A stretch of DNA of 64,000 nucleotides from Sporopachydermia quercuum (Eukaryota), in the NCBI GenBank assembly GCA_001599295.1, contig BCGN01000003.1:1922001-1986000 (forward strand), written 5' to 3'. The notes under the pieces are model-generated. The model saw nothing but the letters and a program-made list of their open reading frames with translations, had not been told where the DNA came from and ran no database searches. The position numbers and the translations under genes are program-made. Shown here in pieces: positions 22,499 to 36,316 of the stretch (positions within the stretch are counted from its first letter, which is position 1; the number at the start of each line of letters is the position of its first letter).

Positions 22499-24309
22499 TT
22501 GATGTAAAAAGAACTATCCTTCTTCAGTTAATTAGCTTCAATATCTGTAGTCGAATCTGCAAACATCTTTTCCCAGGATACAAATTTTCATCATTGCAAG
22601 AAATTCTATGACAATTTCGATACTTCACGAAATGTTTTTTTTTTTTACTTATCTTCACATTGCCTTTCTTTATGTCTGAATGGATGAATGATCCATTTTA
22701 CTGTGTTTTGCTTACTAAAGAAAGCAATGTGGGGTAGATGTCACTTCATTTCAGGGCTAACTGTTAACAGAGAAGGTTCTGATGAATCGGGAAACAGTAA
22801 AATTAGGTTTAAAGAATGTAGGAGATTTGACCACAGGGTGATATTATTATCATGATATTATGATAGGATTACATTTATAGTGATGATGATTCGATAGGAT
22901 TAGATGAATAATGGTAATGGTCTTTTCATAGGGAACAGGAAAAGAGAAGAAGAGGGATTTTGTTAGTATTTGGTTCTTCTTAGTGTTGGTAGAATGTTAC
23001 TATTTTTGTAGTTTGTANTCAAATAGGCTCTGTTGTACAATGACATTATTCCAAGAGAGTGATCAACTTGATAATGCTCAATTAAAGGTATATCAGAGAC
23101 ATTCCAATGACATTTCAATGTCACTTCAATAGTCATAATAATGAGATAATTGATGATGACTGGTGCTGATTGAATGCGAGCTATGATTTTGTAAGGAAGA
23201 ACTTATGAGGCATAATTTGCTGACTCATTCATAGGTAACACAAGGTAAACTTACAATCAGCAGCATGATTTGATAGGATGAAGGAATTGATGAATGCTAC
23301 GAAATGTGCTGTTTGTTTACTGATTTAATGAGTCGACGATAGATTTTCAGAGGCGGAGTGAAACAGCATCATCAAATCGTTTATAGACGGATAATGTAAT
23401 CCACCTGGCATTCTGATTGCCACTCACCCAACTATTCTAAACCTTCCAACGAAATGTTCTCGGTACTATTGGCCCTTTCTACTACAATCTACACGTTATT
23501 AATCAGCTCTATTGTAGGTTCAATGTGCTTTGATCCCACTTAAATATCAGGTAGATGAACCTGAGCTTTTGAGTGCAGAGCGGTAAATTCAATGTATATT
23601 ATTTTCATTTANTTGTTAAAAATTATACAAAACCAAAACCACAAGTAAAACAAAAAATGATGTACTGGTGAATAACAACTGCTGCCTTCTTCAATAGCGT
23701 CTGTCTCAAATATGATGGAACATCTGTTTCTACAGCTTTTTATTCATTGTAACCAAGAATAGATTTGATCTTATTTATTATTTCAGTAAAGACACCTCCC
23801 ATTTACAGAGAATTACCAGCGTTCCAATTGTGACAGCAATTATTGCAACAATCAATCTTCAAACTATCAAATGGCCATAAATCTACCTTCGCTCTTTCAT
23901 TAAAGATTCAGATTCGTCATCTGTCTTATGCCAATGTTGTCATTATCAAACAATAGCACCATCATCGTTAGGTAATCTCCTATTTAATTATTTCCTTCTC
24001 TAGTGTATCTGAACCAGTTACGTCCATAGAAATCATACAATCAAATAACCGCTTACATGCTTTCTATTCATGTTCATTCCTTCATCCATTCTTGTGCTTA
24101 TTAGTCATGACAAATTGCCTAGATGCACTATTATGACAAGCTTCCTATAAATTCTTCTTCTTCAGCACGCACAACAAACATATTATCTCATTTTGATCAA
24201 ATTATGCATATACTCATTTAAACATTCTATTATGATTAGTATACAGCACACGCACATGCACAAGCACACACTGTACGATCAGTTAATCACCCTAATGAAC
24301 GACAATCGA

Positions 24310-25644
24310 CTAAAAGTCAACCGAGAATAAAAATCTACCTAAAATACCAAAAACTGTTAACCCGCAGAAATAGAAACTTGTAACCCAGATGATAACTGCA
24401 ACGTATTTCTCATTCCAAATGTCAGGCGCTGGGAAGTTTTCTTTGTCAAGAGTTGTTGTGACAATGAACGTAAAGAGTATCGCGACGCTTGAAGCAACCA
24501 AGAAACCGTTCCTAGTTCTATCAAATAGAATCCACATTCCAATATTGAATAATGTCCAGCTTAAAGCCGCTTGCATTGAAGATGTCCAGCTTACTTGTCT
24601 GATACCATAAGAAATCCCCAGAAATGCAACAGCACCTCTTAAGACAAGCACATTTGTTGATGTATTATTTTTGCTTTTCTCTACTGTTTCTTCAGTATTG
24701 CCATTAGTACCGCCATTGTTGTTGCCATTGTCAGTGACATTATCATAGTTTTTGCTGCTTTTAGNCGGTAAAAAATGATCTATTAATGGTAATAAAGCAC
24801 CAGCAAAAATACCTTCCAAACCAGCGATTATATACTGTGGAAAATCAATATTCAAATAGCTGGACAACATAATAGGCTGTGCAATGTATTCAGGGGTCAA
24901 ATAGTGATTGTCATGTATGTTTCTTGCCATTTCAGTATACCCAATGCCAAAGATAAATAGTATGGCAATCCGTGGTAACAGGTAGGTAATGAAGTACGAT
25001 GAGAAGTCAGTTAGAGCTTCAATAGCTGAAGAAAAATCACTGGGAAACCTCGATTTGTCATTTCTAGATTGAACATGGGCCAGTGTATGTTTGGTTTCTG
25101 GGTATGTCATGGATGATGTGTATTTATGACTTGTGACATTGCCATTTCCATTCGCCAGGTCACTTAATCGACTGTTCAGAGATCTGAGGGAATCACCATT
25201 TCCTCTGGTATTATTACTGTAATCAGAATCATTTCCATGGCTTCTGGTCACATCGAGGTTCTTCCTAGTGAAATCAAGAATCGAATTGTAACTTGATAAT
25301 GTCCCATTTTCATTATTCCCGTTCTCTGGGTCATAGAATTCACTGCTTTCATAAATTCCATAAAGAGAAGGCGTTGTTAGATTGGCAACTGAGTCGTTTC
25401 TCTCCATTCTTGCTGACAGGAAAAAATCCGCATCGTTATCATCTGTTGATGATGATGATGACGATGTCACATTTCTGGCTTGTCCATTACCGTTAGCATG
25501 ATCTACTAGCCAGGTTGGTTTATTGTTTGCTGAATTCCCACTTGATCGATGAAGAAAAACTTCATTTTCATGCAGGGCAGATATTCTAGCATTAGGAGAA
25601 GAAGATCTACCTCTTGCTGATTGTCTTGGTGCCGTTATCTCCAT
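24310..25644 (-). CDS. INSIG-family ER membrane protein (Nsg1/Nsg2-like)
   Basis: ATG at 25644; S..NLTTPSLYGIY motif, LFIFGIGY...IHDN, LRGAVAFLGISYGIRQVSWTSSMQAAL, LFDRTRNGF, FYFCGLTVFGILGRFLF typical of fungal INSIG. Confidence 0.85.
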   Translation of the reverse strand: MEITAPRQSARGRSSSPNARISALHENEVFLHRSSGNSANNKPTWLVDHANGNGQARNVTSSSSSSTDDNDADFFLSARMERNDSVANLTTPSLYGIYESSEFYDPENGNNENGTLSSYNSILDFTRKNLDVTRSHGNDSDYSNNTRGNGDSLRSLNSRLSDLANGNGNVTSHKYTSSMTYPETKHTLAHVQSRNDKSRFPSDFSSAIEALTDFSSYFITYLLPRIAILFIFGIGYTEMARNIHDNHYLTPEYIAQPIMLSSYLNIDFPQYIIAGLEGIFAGALLPLIDHFLPXKSSKNYDNVTDNGNNNGGTNGNTEETVEKSKNNTSTNVLVLRGAVAFLGISYGIRQVSWTSSMQAALSWTLFNIGMWILFDRTRNGFLVASSVAILFTFIVTTTLDKENFPAPDIWNEKYVAVIIWVTSFYFCGLTVFGILGRFLFSVDF

Positions 25645-27708
25645 ACTCAATTGAAAAGTGGGTATATGCAAGAATATTCTGGTGGTAGAAGTGATTGAAT
25701 GATTGGTCAAATAATATGCATAGAATGAATGAACGCTAGAAAGTAAGACTTCAGAGTCACAAAAAAAAGTTCTCTAGGTATAATTGTCAGAATCTTATCC
25801 CGTAAATATTCGTAGAATCTACAAGAAGATGAAAACTGAACTGCGGTGATCTGGGGGCCAAATGTAACAGTCGGAGACCTTATTGAACGATAGATGAATC
25901 GTATATGAATCTTTCTGTTGTATTGACTGACCTCTGTCTGCTGAAAAATGTATTGTTCTCGTTATTGAAGTTATTGTCACTAGTTTGGTGTTTTTATGCT
26001 TCAAACCATAAAAGAGTACAATGGAGCCATGTACCGTTACACCAAGCAGGGAAGACAGTTAGATATACAGTTCTGTTGGGAAAAAGAACAAATCAACAAA
26101 TGAGATAAATAAGAAAGATTGACAACCAGAGCAAATAATTGTTCTTTGATATCCAGTTGCTTCGATAGCTGTTAAACACAGCAGCTCTGTCGGTTCATCA
26201 AGGCGTGGTTGGAGGTGGTGATGAACAATATGGAGAAAATGTTTATTCGTTTGTGTGTCAAATATAGTCATCCAATTTTTCTTTGGGACAAACGAATGTC
26301 AGACAAGAAATTCCTTTTATTTTGAGGTGCGTCACACAAGGTGCCAAGATGAGATACTAAATAGTGTTCTGTTGTCATGTTAGAACAGATAATNGTAATA
26401 GGGAAGTAGTATTAACGAAAAGGATAACCAGTAGTTATACTAATATCCCTTATTATCATGTTTTAATTATTATTAGGAAGTTATGGTACGATCCGTATAT
26501 ATTCCTTTTTTGAGGTGGCAACCTATAAATCAGTTATTGCATACATCTGGTCCTTTGTCCAACTTTCACGTTGTACCCAAACATGATTCCTGACATTCTA
26601 CCAAATACTAGGACACTATGTCATTTTTGAATATGTGGAGATCATTACTACCTTTTAATGACGAAGAATATAAACAAATCCTCCTTTCATCTGGCTACTT
26701 AAAATGAGATTTTCACTAGGATTTTCTATTTCTTTCAGCAATTGAATCCGAATGGCTACCAGTTGAATCAGCTAATATTTCAGCGGCATATTGCAGGTGT
26801 TTCGTTATCCGAGACATCATTGAGGTTTTCTCCTCAGCAATTGGGACCTTCTATCATCATCAAGCAGTGTGATGGTCTAATTGTGTATAGTATTAAAACA
26901 GCTATTGACTGTGCTTTGTTATCATTCCTTACGAATCAGTAATTGAATAACGAAATTATTGGAATGTTTTGTAACCTCATCTTATCCGGAGTTTTCTCCA
27001 TGGGCTCAGTCTTTTCATTTATGTTCCTTATGCTTTCTATACCGCTTAATATCAAGATACCCAGAGACGTGGATTCCATTTATGTATTCCCAATTGAATT
27101 TGTATTTTTATTTATTGGTATTACTGTAATTGAGGTTTCTGTTTAAGAGCCAGGCAACTGCATAGAATGACTATCCAGCCATTGTTACTTCCATATTCTT
27201 TCATTGACAACTATCATTTCATGCTTTTCTTCACATTTTCTACATATCAAACCTACATATATATATATATATATATAACCATTTTCACATTCATTTACAA
27301 GTAATTACATGGCAAGAACAGACTAAAAAATAAAAATAAAAAAGACAGTAAACACACCANGCAACCAATCAACCAATCAATCAATCAATCAAAACACCCA
27401 TTTAATTCCAATTCGCAACCAATCATACCCGCTCAATAGATCAAATGCCATANGAACAAATGAAAACAAAACCTAAGGATGGTGAAATGTTTGCTGTTAT
27501 ACAGCTTATGATTAAAGAAACAGCTCGCCCTGTAAACCAGCAAACAAAGGAGTGACAATTATGAGACACATCCTTGTATTTCAATTACCCACTTATTCAC
27601 TGCAAAAGCTTTCGTTACGATCAACATTAATCCCATACCTTCAATCAACAATATCCTCCTCAGGAAATAATCGAATACCCTCTTATACTCCAAAATCCTA
27701 ATTGCCAT

Positions 27709-28702
27709 TCATTGATCATTCATTTCCTTATTTTGTTCATTATTTCTAGTCCTATTGCTACTCCAATTTTTGCCGTCGTCTTCTTCACCTCCTCCGCTTA
27801 TTAAATGAGAAGGATTAAGAGGCAAAGCACTTTCTGGCGATATAGAGGCTCTGGGTGATTTCAACTGAGGGCCTGATATAGAACCTGCTCTACCAGGGTG
27901 GAACCTAGGGATTTTTTCGGGACTAGGATGTTGAGACCCGGCTGTGAGACCAGGCACCTGGTTTAGTTTACCGGCCTGGCTTAAAGCATAGTCACCAGAA
28001 TCAAAATATTTTCGTTCCTATACATATGTTAGTAAATAAAAAGATAAGTAGATACAACATGAATAGATGAACATGACACGATGATATCGGAGATATAAGG
28101 ACAAGAATGTCATCTACCATACTTGATGGGTGTATATTCTGACTGGGAAAGTGTTGATGCTGAAACAGGACGTATGATGGAATAGTATTACGGAAGCATA
28201 AGAGCTTCATGACTGTCACTCATAAAATGGCATANTGTGGATCCATAATCGATTTCATACAATCAAGTCCTTTTGTATCCAATATCTTCCTTCCTCCATA
28301 CATCGTCTTTACTATCAACGGCTGTCTTGAAAAATTACGGCAGTTCCTTCATAATCCATACAATCTGCCAAAAGCTAATAATAAAACACTAGTTCCATAG
28401 CTCGACATCTTATCCCTATTTCTGTTCATATTCGTATTCATTTTCCTATTTTTAAATAGTAACGTACCTTTAACCTATTAGCTAGTAAGTCTGAACGAGA
28501 TGGCAGTTTGCCATACATTTTAAAGATCCGTTGTTCATCAGGAGATAATTTCTAGATGCTTTGTTAGTACAAATTACCACTTTGATTAGATCACTATGCT
28601 AATCAAGCATTTTGATAACCCTACAAAACAATGTTAGGCAACTTGTTTGGACTTTTTAATACTTACGCTGATATCAACTGGTTGGCTTTTAGGATCGGTC
28701 AT
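27709..28702 (-). CDS. IGO1: Endosulfine/ARPP-19 family protein (Igo1/2), 3 exons: 28702-28667, 28551-28468, 28017-27709
   Basis: Spliced MTDPKSQPVDIS|KLSPDEQRIFKMYGKLPSRSDLLANRLK|ERKYFDSGDYALSQAG, containing the Greatwall/Rim15 site YFDSGDY; phase-0 introns GTAAGT and GTACGT, both with TACTAAC and TAG. 142 aa. Confidence 0.92.
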
Positions 28703-31700
28703 TCTGCTATGTGCTTGACGTTGACTGTTATGGAGATATTAGAAACTCAAGTTTGATGATTCTAATAGCCTATCTTATGGTATTGTTTAAACGATAAAAA
28801 AATTGTTCGAACAAGCAGAAACAAATTAACTGTTGGTATACTGCTACTGGTAGGATAGTTAGAGATGAGCTGGCTATTGATATAATAGTCCTCAGCAACT
28901 AAATAGTTTCACTATGTTGAGATGTTCGGCTTTTCTGTCTTCCTTCTATCTTTGCTTTACAAATAATTGATCTTTCCAGTTGGTCGGTCAGTATATTATT
29001 CAGATCCTTGCCTCCCTTCGCACTTCTACTATTCAACGCCCTCACTTTCAGTTACAGCGATGATGGTATCAATCAATCAATTAATTCAGTATTCGTTCCA
29101 AAACCTGTTTATTATGATGATTTGATTTGAATTCTATAGTCAATACATTAATATAATGTCAAATAATATTATACTATTGTACTGAAGCAGTCAGATCTTC
29201 ATATTGACTTGTATGCATGTAGGCGTTAATACAGACAGTTCTGGCCCTTGTTGGAGATTAGTCTGTCATTGGGACTTCTTATGAGACGGTTATCACGTGG
29301 TGTCATAGGTTGTCAGGGGAGATTCAGAAATTGTCATACGTGGAGAAATTGTGAGAATGATTCGAGATTGGTTTGATAATTGGGGATTATGAATGAAGTA
29401 TTAAGTTGGTAATTGAATGAGAAGAAGAGATATCTAAAAAAAAGATCCTTTCTTAGAGTACTGTACAGGCTCAATTATAATTAAGTGTAAGTTTCATGAG
29501 GTAGCTGAAAACGATTATTGGAAGAACTGATTGAATAGTATTATATGGCGCGATTCTTAATGTCAGAATAACGTAACTGTCCATAGATCAAACTTTATGC
29601 TCTAATTTGTCAGAAATACAACTAATGAACCAATAGCTGTAACAAAAAAGAAAATTCATTAGTCTTATTTTTTTCTTCTTTTCTTTGCAGTATTAATTCT
29701 TCTTTATTTGATAGTTAGAACTTGAGAATCATTGTAGCTAAACAAAATATATAACCATGTAGCAAGAATAAAAAGCAGCAATTAACGCCTTCATGACAAT
29801 GTCTCATAACAGGAAACAAATTTTGGCAGGAAGCTCTTGAGAAGAAAGACTAAAGTTTTCCCANCCCCCTAATTCAATTGCTTTGAATGTAATAATTCTC
29901 TTTTCTTATCATTTGGATTGCAAGTAGCTGATGCCATATTAAAACTGTGTTGTTGGATTAATAACATAATATCACCAATCTTCAACANATGGTCATTTTA
30001 AATGTCTTTTCAGTCTAATTATGCAATCATTGCCTGTGGTTTGAGGGTTCCATCGTCATGTATTGTCATGCACCATAATGTATCTTTCTGACATTTCAAA
30101 TCAAGTTTCAACAACTGCCAAAACAATTGGTTTCTTTGCATTTTTTCTCCTTTCTTTGCTTCATCCTCTCTCAATAATGAAATCGAGTCCTCTAAATGTT
30201 CGAAGAAGCTCAATCGTGAGTCGCTGTCGTGAATGAGAATCATCAGTTCATTTAAAGCTATTCGAAGGGAAGCGTTGTCTCGATAGCAGATTCACTACTT
30301 CATCTTCCCATCATCTGCCCCACCAACTTACGTCTCTGTTTGACCATCCATCCAGGTAGATGCGCAAATAGATCATGATCAACCATAGANACGCTTAGTT
30401 TCTTTCAAGTGCGACAATATGATCACGCGTCGAAAACAGTGTACAGGTAACCCCTTTCTCTTTCCTTCCTATCGTATGGGGTATTCTGTTTTTGTTCTCT
30501 GGTCTTTGTTATTCATCTTAATACAGTTGCCTTTCTTTATTTCTACGTTCTTTCAATTGCTCCTTATTTTATATGGGCTTCTTCTCTTACGACCTGAATA
30601 AGACATCTGGAGCAACTTGAGAATTATACCAAAACGTATGAAAAGCTCTTATGTGATTTTTGTCGAATACTCTCTCAATTAGTTATCTTACTGTGCATTA
30701 TTCTTCCTATATTGGATTCGATAGAAGAAACTCACTCATCCATTGGTGTATGGGTACCATGCTATATTTCTTTTAAATAAACCATCGAAATTGGGTTTAC
30801 TAACTGCCATAACATGATAATAAACTGCTCTTAGTGATAAAACCTGAGTCCGGGCATTCTACAGTGTACTGTTATCTACTATCTTTTATAACTAGTAGGT
30901 CATTGGAGATACCTTTCTTATAATTCGATGATTCATGGATTGACTACTGATGATTGAGAGTTTTCGAACAAGTGCGAAGCGGGTATTTCCATCAGTAGCA
31001 ANTGTTTGAGCTTGTCAATTAAGCTCTGAGGGTTAAATAATCTAGTGATAGAACGTATCAAAACTATCAGAGTATGTAGTAAAGTAAAACATAGTTAAGA
31101 AAATGACCATTTGCTAACGTTGTTGATGGGAAAAGTCTGATTGCCTGTTGCAGTATAAGTCATAGTGACATAGTACTGTTTGTTCGTGTACAGCAGTAAA
31201 ATACGCCATACGAATGCAAATTTTTCTCAGGTATGACTAACGAAATCATTAATGAGTTTAAAAAACATTCTAGTAGTCTTAAGTGCTTCCAGTTGATAAT
31301 AAAAAAGGTATAAATAACCAATAAAACTGTAAANAAACCTTTCAAAGAGCCGATGAGAAGCTGCAAGAAACGTAAAGTTTGCCATATACATCAAATTTCT
31401 TACCAATTTGGCAACTGACTGTACTACTTAGCAGTGAATAAGGTTACCGTCTATAACCCTATTTCTCAAAGTAACTCTAATCCTATTTTTATCAGCCACC
31501 TAATCTTTCTCCTCTAATACAATCTCTAAGCAACCAATAAGCAGTCTCCTATACTCCCTAAATCCTTTCCATATACTTCTAAAATATTCCTCAGTTTTGT
31601 TCTTATNTTGATAAATAATTCCACTGGAACTCATTTGGAGAACTTGACCTACCGTCAATCTTCCCATTGGCTACTCATATAAAGTTCTCCTATTTTGAAA

Positions 31701-32136
31701 TTAAACTCCAACAGACTTCTACTTTAAACTCTATACCGTATACTAGCCGTGTTAAACTTCAGCTTTTAACGTAAACCTTGTTAAGCATTGTGCATCTCTT
31801 CCAATTATAAAACCTCTTTCGGCTGTCATTTCCTCATGTCTTTCTCAGTTTACATTCTCGTTTATTATTCTGTTGATATTCCTTATTTTTAATGATTTAT
31901 TAATACTATCACGAAGTACTTTTATGTCAGATTTGAAGTATATTTGCTTAACCACTGAATAGTTGATAGAATTGGTGTTAGTTTCATTCTACACCCTCTT
32001 TGGGTTTTCAAACTGATTATCATTTCACATCCTCATCAATTGTTCGTTCTTTAATAAATTATTCTATTGATTCTAATTCGGAGTTTCTGGAAGATTTATT
32101 AAAAAAAGTAGTATTAGCGAATCAACAATAGCTAAT

Positions 32137-33444
32137 ATGACAATTCAAGAGTTCTTTTTTCCTGTACCAGGTTCTGACCTGGTGCTGCGCAATATCACCG
32201 ATAAACAATCTATACAACTTACACACTCCATAAACTCTGGGACATGGGCGGGAAAACTCACACAGGAACAATATGTTGCCCGGGAGGCTTTTTTGGGCTC
32301 AACAGAAGCTTGTGCAAACGGCTTGTTGACATATTGGGTTCTTACTGCAAAAGATACGCTAGAGATCACCGGGGATACTGTATTGTCTGCATGCGAAACT
32401 CTTCTCCGGAGGGGCCTAAGATCCACACCAGAGAAGGAGTATAAAGTGTGCCCCAGTTATGTTATTGGGGGTGTTTTTACCTCCCCAAAATTCCGTGGCA
32501 GAGGTTATGCGAAGATCATGATCTCTCAATTGAACCATGCCTTAACACAGGTAGGCGATAGGATCTTTAAACATGTTTTCAAGCCTAACGAGAAAGAATA
32601 CTCTCCAACTCATACTGTTGTATTATATTCCGAGGTAGGTGATTATTATTCTCAGTTTGGGTACAGAATTAAAGATATCACCACCACGCATATTTCTGTG
32701 CGAGCCTCTGCAGCCCCTGTTGGGGGAACCGGTACAGGATTTACTCCAGGCACTAAAAGCGCTGGTACAGAGAATGACATCAGAAAAAGTGCTAGTGGGA
32801 AGAACATTTCTGCCACAGGAATAACTCTTTTGAAGAGAGGTGAATTCAAAGAAGTGTGTGCCAGAGATTGTGAATTTATTATCAATCAGTTTGTTAAGGA
32901 CATTTCTCATCAGAGTCCTTCAGCCAAGTTTATTCCTTCAGTAGCTGTTCTTCCTGACTATCAAACGATCGATTGGCATCATGCAAGGGCAGATTTCATA
33001 CACGGCTTCTTCAACAAGCCAAAGCCAGTCATATTTGGTGCAATCACTGGGAAAGGCAGCTACGCAATATGGAATTTTGACTACGCAAATGACGCTCTTT
33101 ACATTCTTCGTGTAAATGTTTCAGAAGCTTGCAAGAACAGTTTCTGCCAGGAAGAGCTTCAGCAGCTTTTCACAGTTGCCATACAGCAAGCTCGAGAGGC
33201 TGGACTGAAGGAGGTTGCTCTTTGGGACGATGATCTAAACGTCACTGTTGGATATCATTCNACCAACTGCGACAAGTCTCATACAGAAACTCTAGCAGAG
33301 CTGTTTGACGGCGTGCAGCTAGGCTGCCTGCCAAGTAGTTTACCTGCTGTTAGAGATGGTTACCAAGACAGCAAGGAGCAAGGAGGTCGCGAAGGTAGTG
33401 GGGAGGCCTATTGGCTGTTCTGTGGAAAATATGCTTGGTTTTAG
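32137..33444 (+). CDS. GNAT-family N-acetyltransferase (LYC1 lysine acetyltransferase-like)
   Basis: 435 aa; W...LT.EQY..RE, YWVL, LSACET, acetyl-CoA motif IGGVFTSPKFRGRGYA, LYSEVGDYYSQFG, C-terminal KYAWF. Confidence 0.82.
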   Translation: MTIQEFFFPVPGSDLVLRNITDKQSIQLTHSINSGTWAGKLTQEQYVAREAFLGSTEACANGLLTYWVLTAKDTLEITGDTVLSACETLLRRGLRSTPEKEYKVCPSYVIGGVFTSPKFRGRGYAKIMISQLNHALTQVGDRIFKHVFKPNEKEYSPTHTVVLYSEVGDYYSQFGYRIKDITTTHISVRASAAPVGGTGTGFTPGTKSAGTENDIRKSASGKNISATGITLLKRGEFKEVCARDCEFIINQFVKDISHQSPSAKFIPSVAVLPDYQTIDWHHARADFIHGFFNKPKPVIFGAITGKGSYAIWNFDYANDALYILRVNVSEACKNSFCQEELQQLFTVAIQQAREAGLKEVALWDDDLNVTVGYHXTNCDKSHTETLAELFDGVQLGCLPSSLPAVRDGYQDSKEQGGREGSGEAYWLFCGKYAWF

Positions 33445-34738
33445 AAACTGTGAAAAATGTGACAGAATTTAAAAATATATGTGTATGGAAATAGAAATAA
33501 TGGCAGGTCGTGACAGGGAGTAATAGCTGCTGAAGCAAAACTGTAAGAAAGTTTGAGTAGGAACTGGTTTCCCGTGGTAATTCTTGGACCGACTATCATA
33601 CAGAAACTGGAATTCTTGATAGATTTATGATATTAATATCATGAATAAATCGTGCAAAGGGCCTATTGGGAGTATCGTTCTTCGAGGCATCTTACATTTT
33701 TTTACATTCTCCAAGCCTAATTTTCTACTCAGATCATTCGGCAAACTGATTGGTATTTCTAGCGGCTGTAGAACGTATTATTAGCAATAAATTATCATTA
33801 AAAAACTGCAAGTTACTAATTAACTGAAATAAGCTGTGGAATAAACAAAAGAGTCAATACGAAGATAGTTAAAAGCGCTGGGGAGGAGTTCATTGGTTCG
33901 TGATAAGTTCAGAGGAGAGAGCCGAGATCATTCATTAGCAAAATTGTTGAACTATCAAAAAGTACCGCTGAATAAGGTTTCTTAACTCGTATAATTATGC
34001 ATAAATGAAACCTTATAATGTATAGCTTTCCAACATTAATTATAAAGGAGCTTGGACGCTTGAATAGTTGTGTTTACTTAGTTTCCTTGTTATCACGATT
34101 AAAGAGAGTTAAACCCCCGGGAAGTGTATCATTTTATTTATTTTATCTTCTAGTATTTCCTATAAATGCCTATAGTTAATTAGACATTGAAAAACGTAAT
34201 AAGTATGTAAAAAGAAGAAAAAAAACAACCTATCTCTCGGCTACAACTAGACTCATAAACTTTATTTGAGGATATCTTACTTCACTGCCTCATTAAATGG
34301 TGAGTATTCAGTTTTATGAAAAACCATAAATTTATTGAATGGATAGCTGTGATAAATAAACAATTTTTTTGCAGTAATTACAGCTTTACTTATTACATTT
34401 TATCTGTAAAATATGGCACTTACCACTCTCAAAATTCAGTGATTTGTTTTGAGGAGAGAAAGGTTTAATTTCATTCAGCATATGTTTCCGCTATGTTCCC
34501 GCTATTACTCTCTTTGTCTCGGACTGATCTCAAAGCTTCGGATATTCTCTCCGTTTTTAACTCTTCTGCTTACTATTTGGACTACGTTGTCACTTCCGTA
34601 ATTACCTTTATTGACATTAGTATACATTAATATTAGTATCAACTAGTCTTCGTTAGTATATTTTTCCCCATTATCTTCCCCGATTCGTCTATACTACTTT
34701 TTGATATATTTTCCTATATTCTTATTATATCCTCTTTT

Positions 34739-36316
34739 CTAACAAACTAGTTTTGTTGTGGTCTCCTCTTTACCCCTCTTTGTCCGCTCGCTTATTTCTT
34801 CCTTCCGGAAACCTTCCTCTTCCACTCGCGGGGAGCTCTCCCACATCTTTTCTTCACTACTGTCGTTTTTCCCGTTCAACATTGAGCTAATTGACACCAA
34901 TTTTGAAGTGCGGGGGCCAATTCCTGTACTGGAGACCGTGCTGCCTGGTGGAGTTGATAGTGCCGCTAGCTGAATTGTCACTGGTGCTGTTGGAGGTGTC
35001 AGGGAAGCGGATGTACCAACTCCTATGCAGGAGATTCCTTCGGCTTTCGGGGTAGGCAAAGAGCTTCCTGTGCCGGTCCCGCTTCTGGTTGGAGAGTCAG
35101 AACTGGACCCATTTGCCAGAGCCGTTGGTGGTCTCAATAGATCGTCCACCGGCGGCAGGTGTGTATGCGAAAGGCCTTGCGCATGGCAGTGTGCGTGGGC
35201 AAATGAGGGCAGATGTGCTGGTTGCAGGGGAGGCAGAATCGACGGAGCTCCGGAACCAGGTGCTGTGTGTGGCCTGGGTAGAGAAAATGGTACTGTGCGG
35301 CCAAAAGAACCAGTAAAATCAATCGCAGGAGGAGCAAATGTTGATGCTCTACCCTCCGGCACATGGTGAGACTGTAGCACGTTCAATGGTGGTAAGGGAA
35401 ATGTTTGGGGAGCTCCTGGTTGCACTGTGTATAGGTTCAGTGGTACTGAGGTGTTACTAGGCACGTAAGAGCTTGCAGTGGCTGCGGGAATGCCTGTTGG
35501 GGATTCTACGATTGGAGGGAACAACGGCGATTTACTTTCTGGGTCAGGCTTAATTCCTGTTGTCGTTGCCGTTGCCATTGCTGCCACTGGTCCTGCCGCA
35601 GTTTTACGGTCTTCGGAAGTGCCAAGAAGAGGCTTTCCCACACCGGAACCTGTGGTGACGGTCCCAGTGACATGGCCTGCAGCGTTCCTCCTCCGCCGTT
35701 TGATCGTAGGCCGCTTCATATTTACCGGCCTGTGCGCGCCATGCAGCCTGTAGTACAGCCCGCAAGCATTACAGATAGTGTTTCCCATATCATCTCTACG
35801 CCAAAGAGGTGTTACTGTCGTGCCGCAGTTCTGACACGCGACAGCCACCACGGTTTCTCCGTGCCCCAAGTGTGATGAATGGGAAGAGACAGACTCTGGA
35901 GAGGATGCTGGGGAGTCTCCGTGTCCGGATGATTGTAAATTTGGGGACGAGGGGTTGCTGAATCGTTTATTTCCCGTAGCAAAGTGTTCGGGGCCTGTAT
36001 TCACACCAGGCGTAAATGTACCTGACCCTCCGTTAGAGCCATCAATAACTACTCGGTTATTAAATGCAGGGCATCCTTTGCATGCGGCGGATCCTCCGGT
36101 GCCGTTACAACGGCCATCACCTTTGCAAGTGCCGGATTCATTGTCGTTGTCCACCGGTACCACCACTGGCGGCCGTTTCAGGTTTACTGGCCGTTGCGAG
36201 TTGTTTGCCCGGAGATATAATCCGCACGCGTTGCACACGAGATTCCCCTGCGCCGAGCGTCTCCAAAGAGGAGTTTTTGTTGTTCCGCAGTTGGAACATA
36301 CTTGTCCTGGCGACAT
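34739..36316 (-). CDS. SFU1: Iron-responsive GATA repressor (Sfu1/SreA/Fep1/Urbs1 family)
   Basis: Two CxxC-x17-CNAC GATA fingers flanking the Cys-rich segment [32 protein letters not shown] motif near the C-terminus. Confidence 0.9.
   Translation of the reverse strand: MSPGQVCSNCGTTKTPLWRRSAQGNLVCNACGLYLRANNSQRPVNLKRPPVVVPVDNDNESGTCKGDGRCNGTGGSAACKGCPAFNNRVVIDGSNGGSGTFTPGVNTGPEHFATGNKRFSNPSSPNLQSSGHGDSPASSPESVSSHSSHLGHGETVVAVACQNCGTTVTPLWRRDDMGNTICNACGLYYRLHGAHRPVNMKRPTIKRRRRNAAGHVTGTVTTGSGVGKPLLGTSEDRKTAAGPVAAMATATTTGIKPDPESKSPLFPPIVESPTGIPAATASSYVPSNTSVPLNLYTVQPGAPQTFPLPPLNVLQSHHVPEGRASTFAPPAIDFTGSFGRTVPFSLPRPHTAPGSGAPSILPPLQPAHLPSFAHAHCHAQGLSHTHLPPVDDLLRPPTALANGSSSDSPTRSGTGTGSSLPTPKAEGISCIGVGTSASLTPPTAPVTIQLAALSTPPGSTVSSTGIGPRTSKLVSISSMLNGKNDSSEEKMWESSPRVEEEGFRKEEISERTKRGKEETTTKLVC

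Noticed and set aside
30019..30400. MDGQTE resembling a retrotransposon integrase motif plus a 74-aa ORF
   Set aside because: Only a 5-residue match with no surrounding integrase, RT or LTR features.
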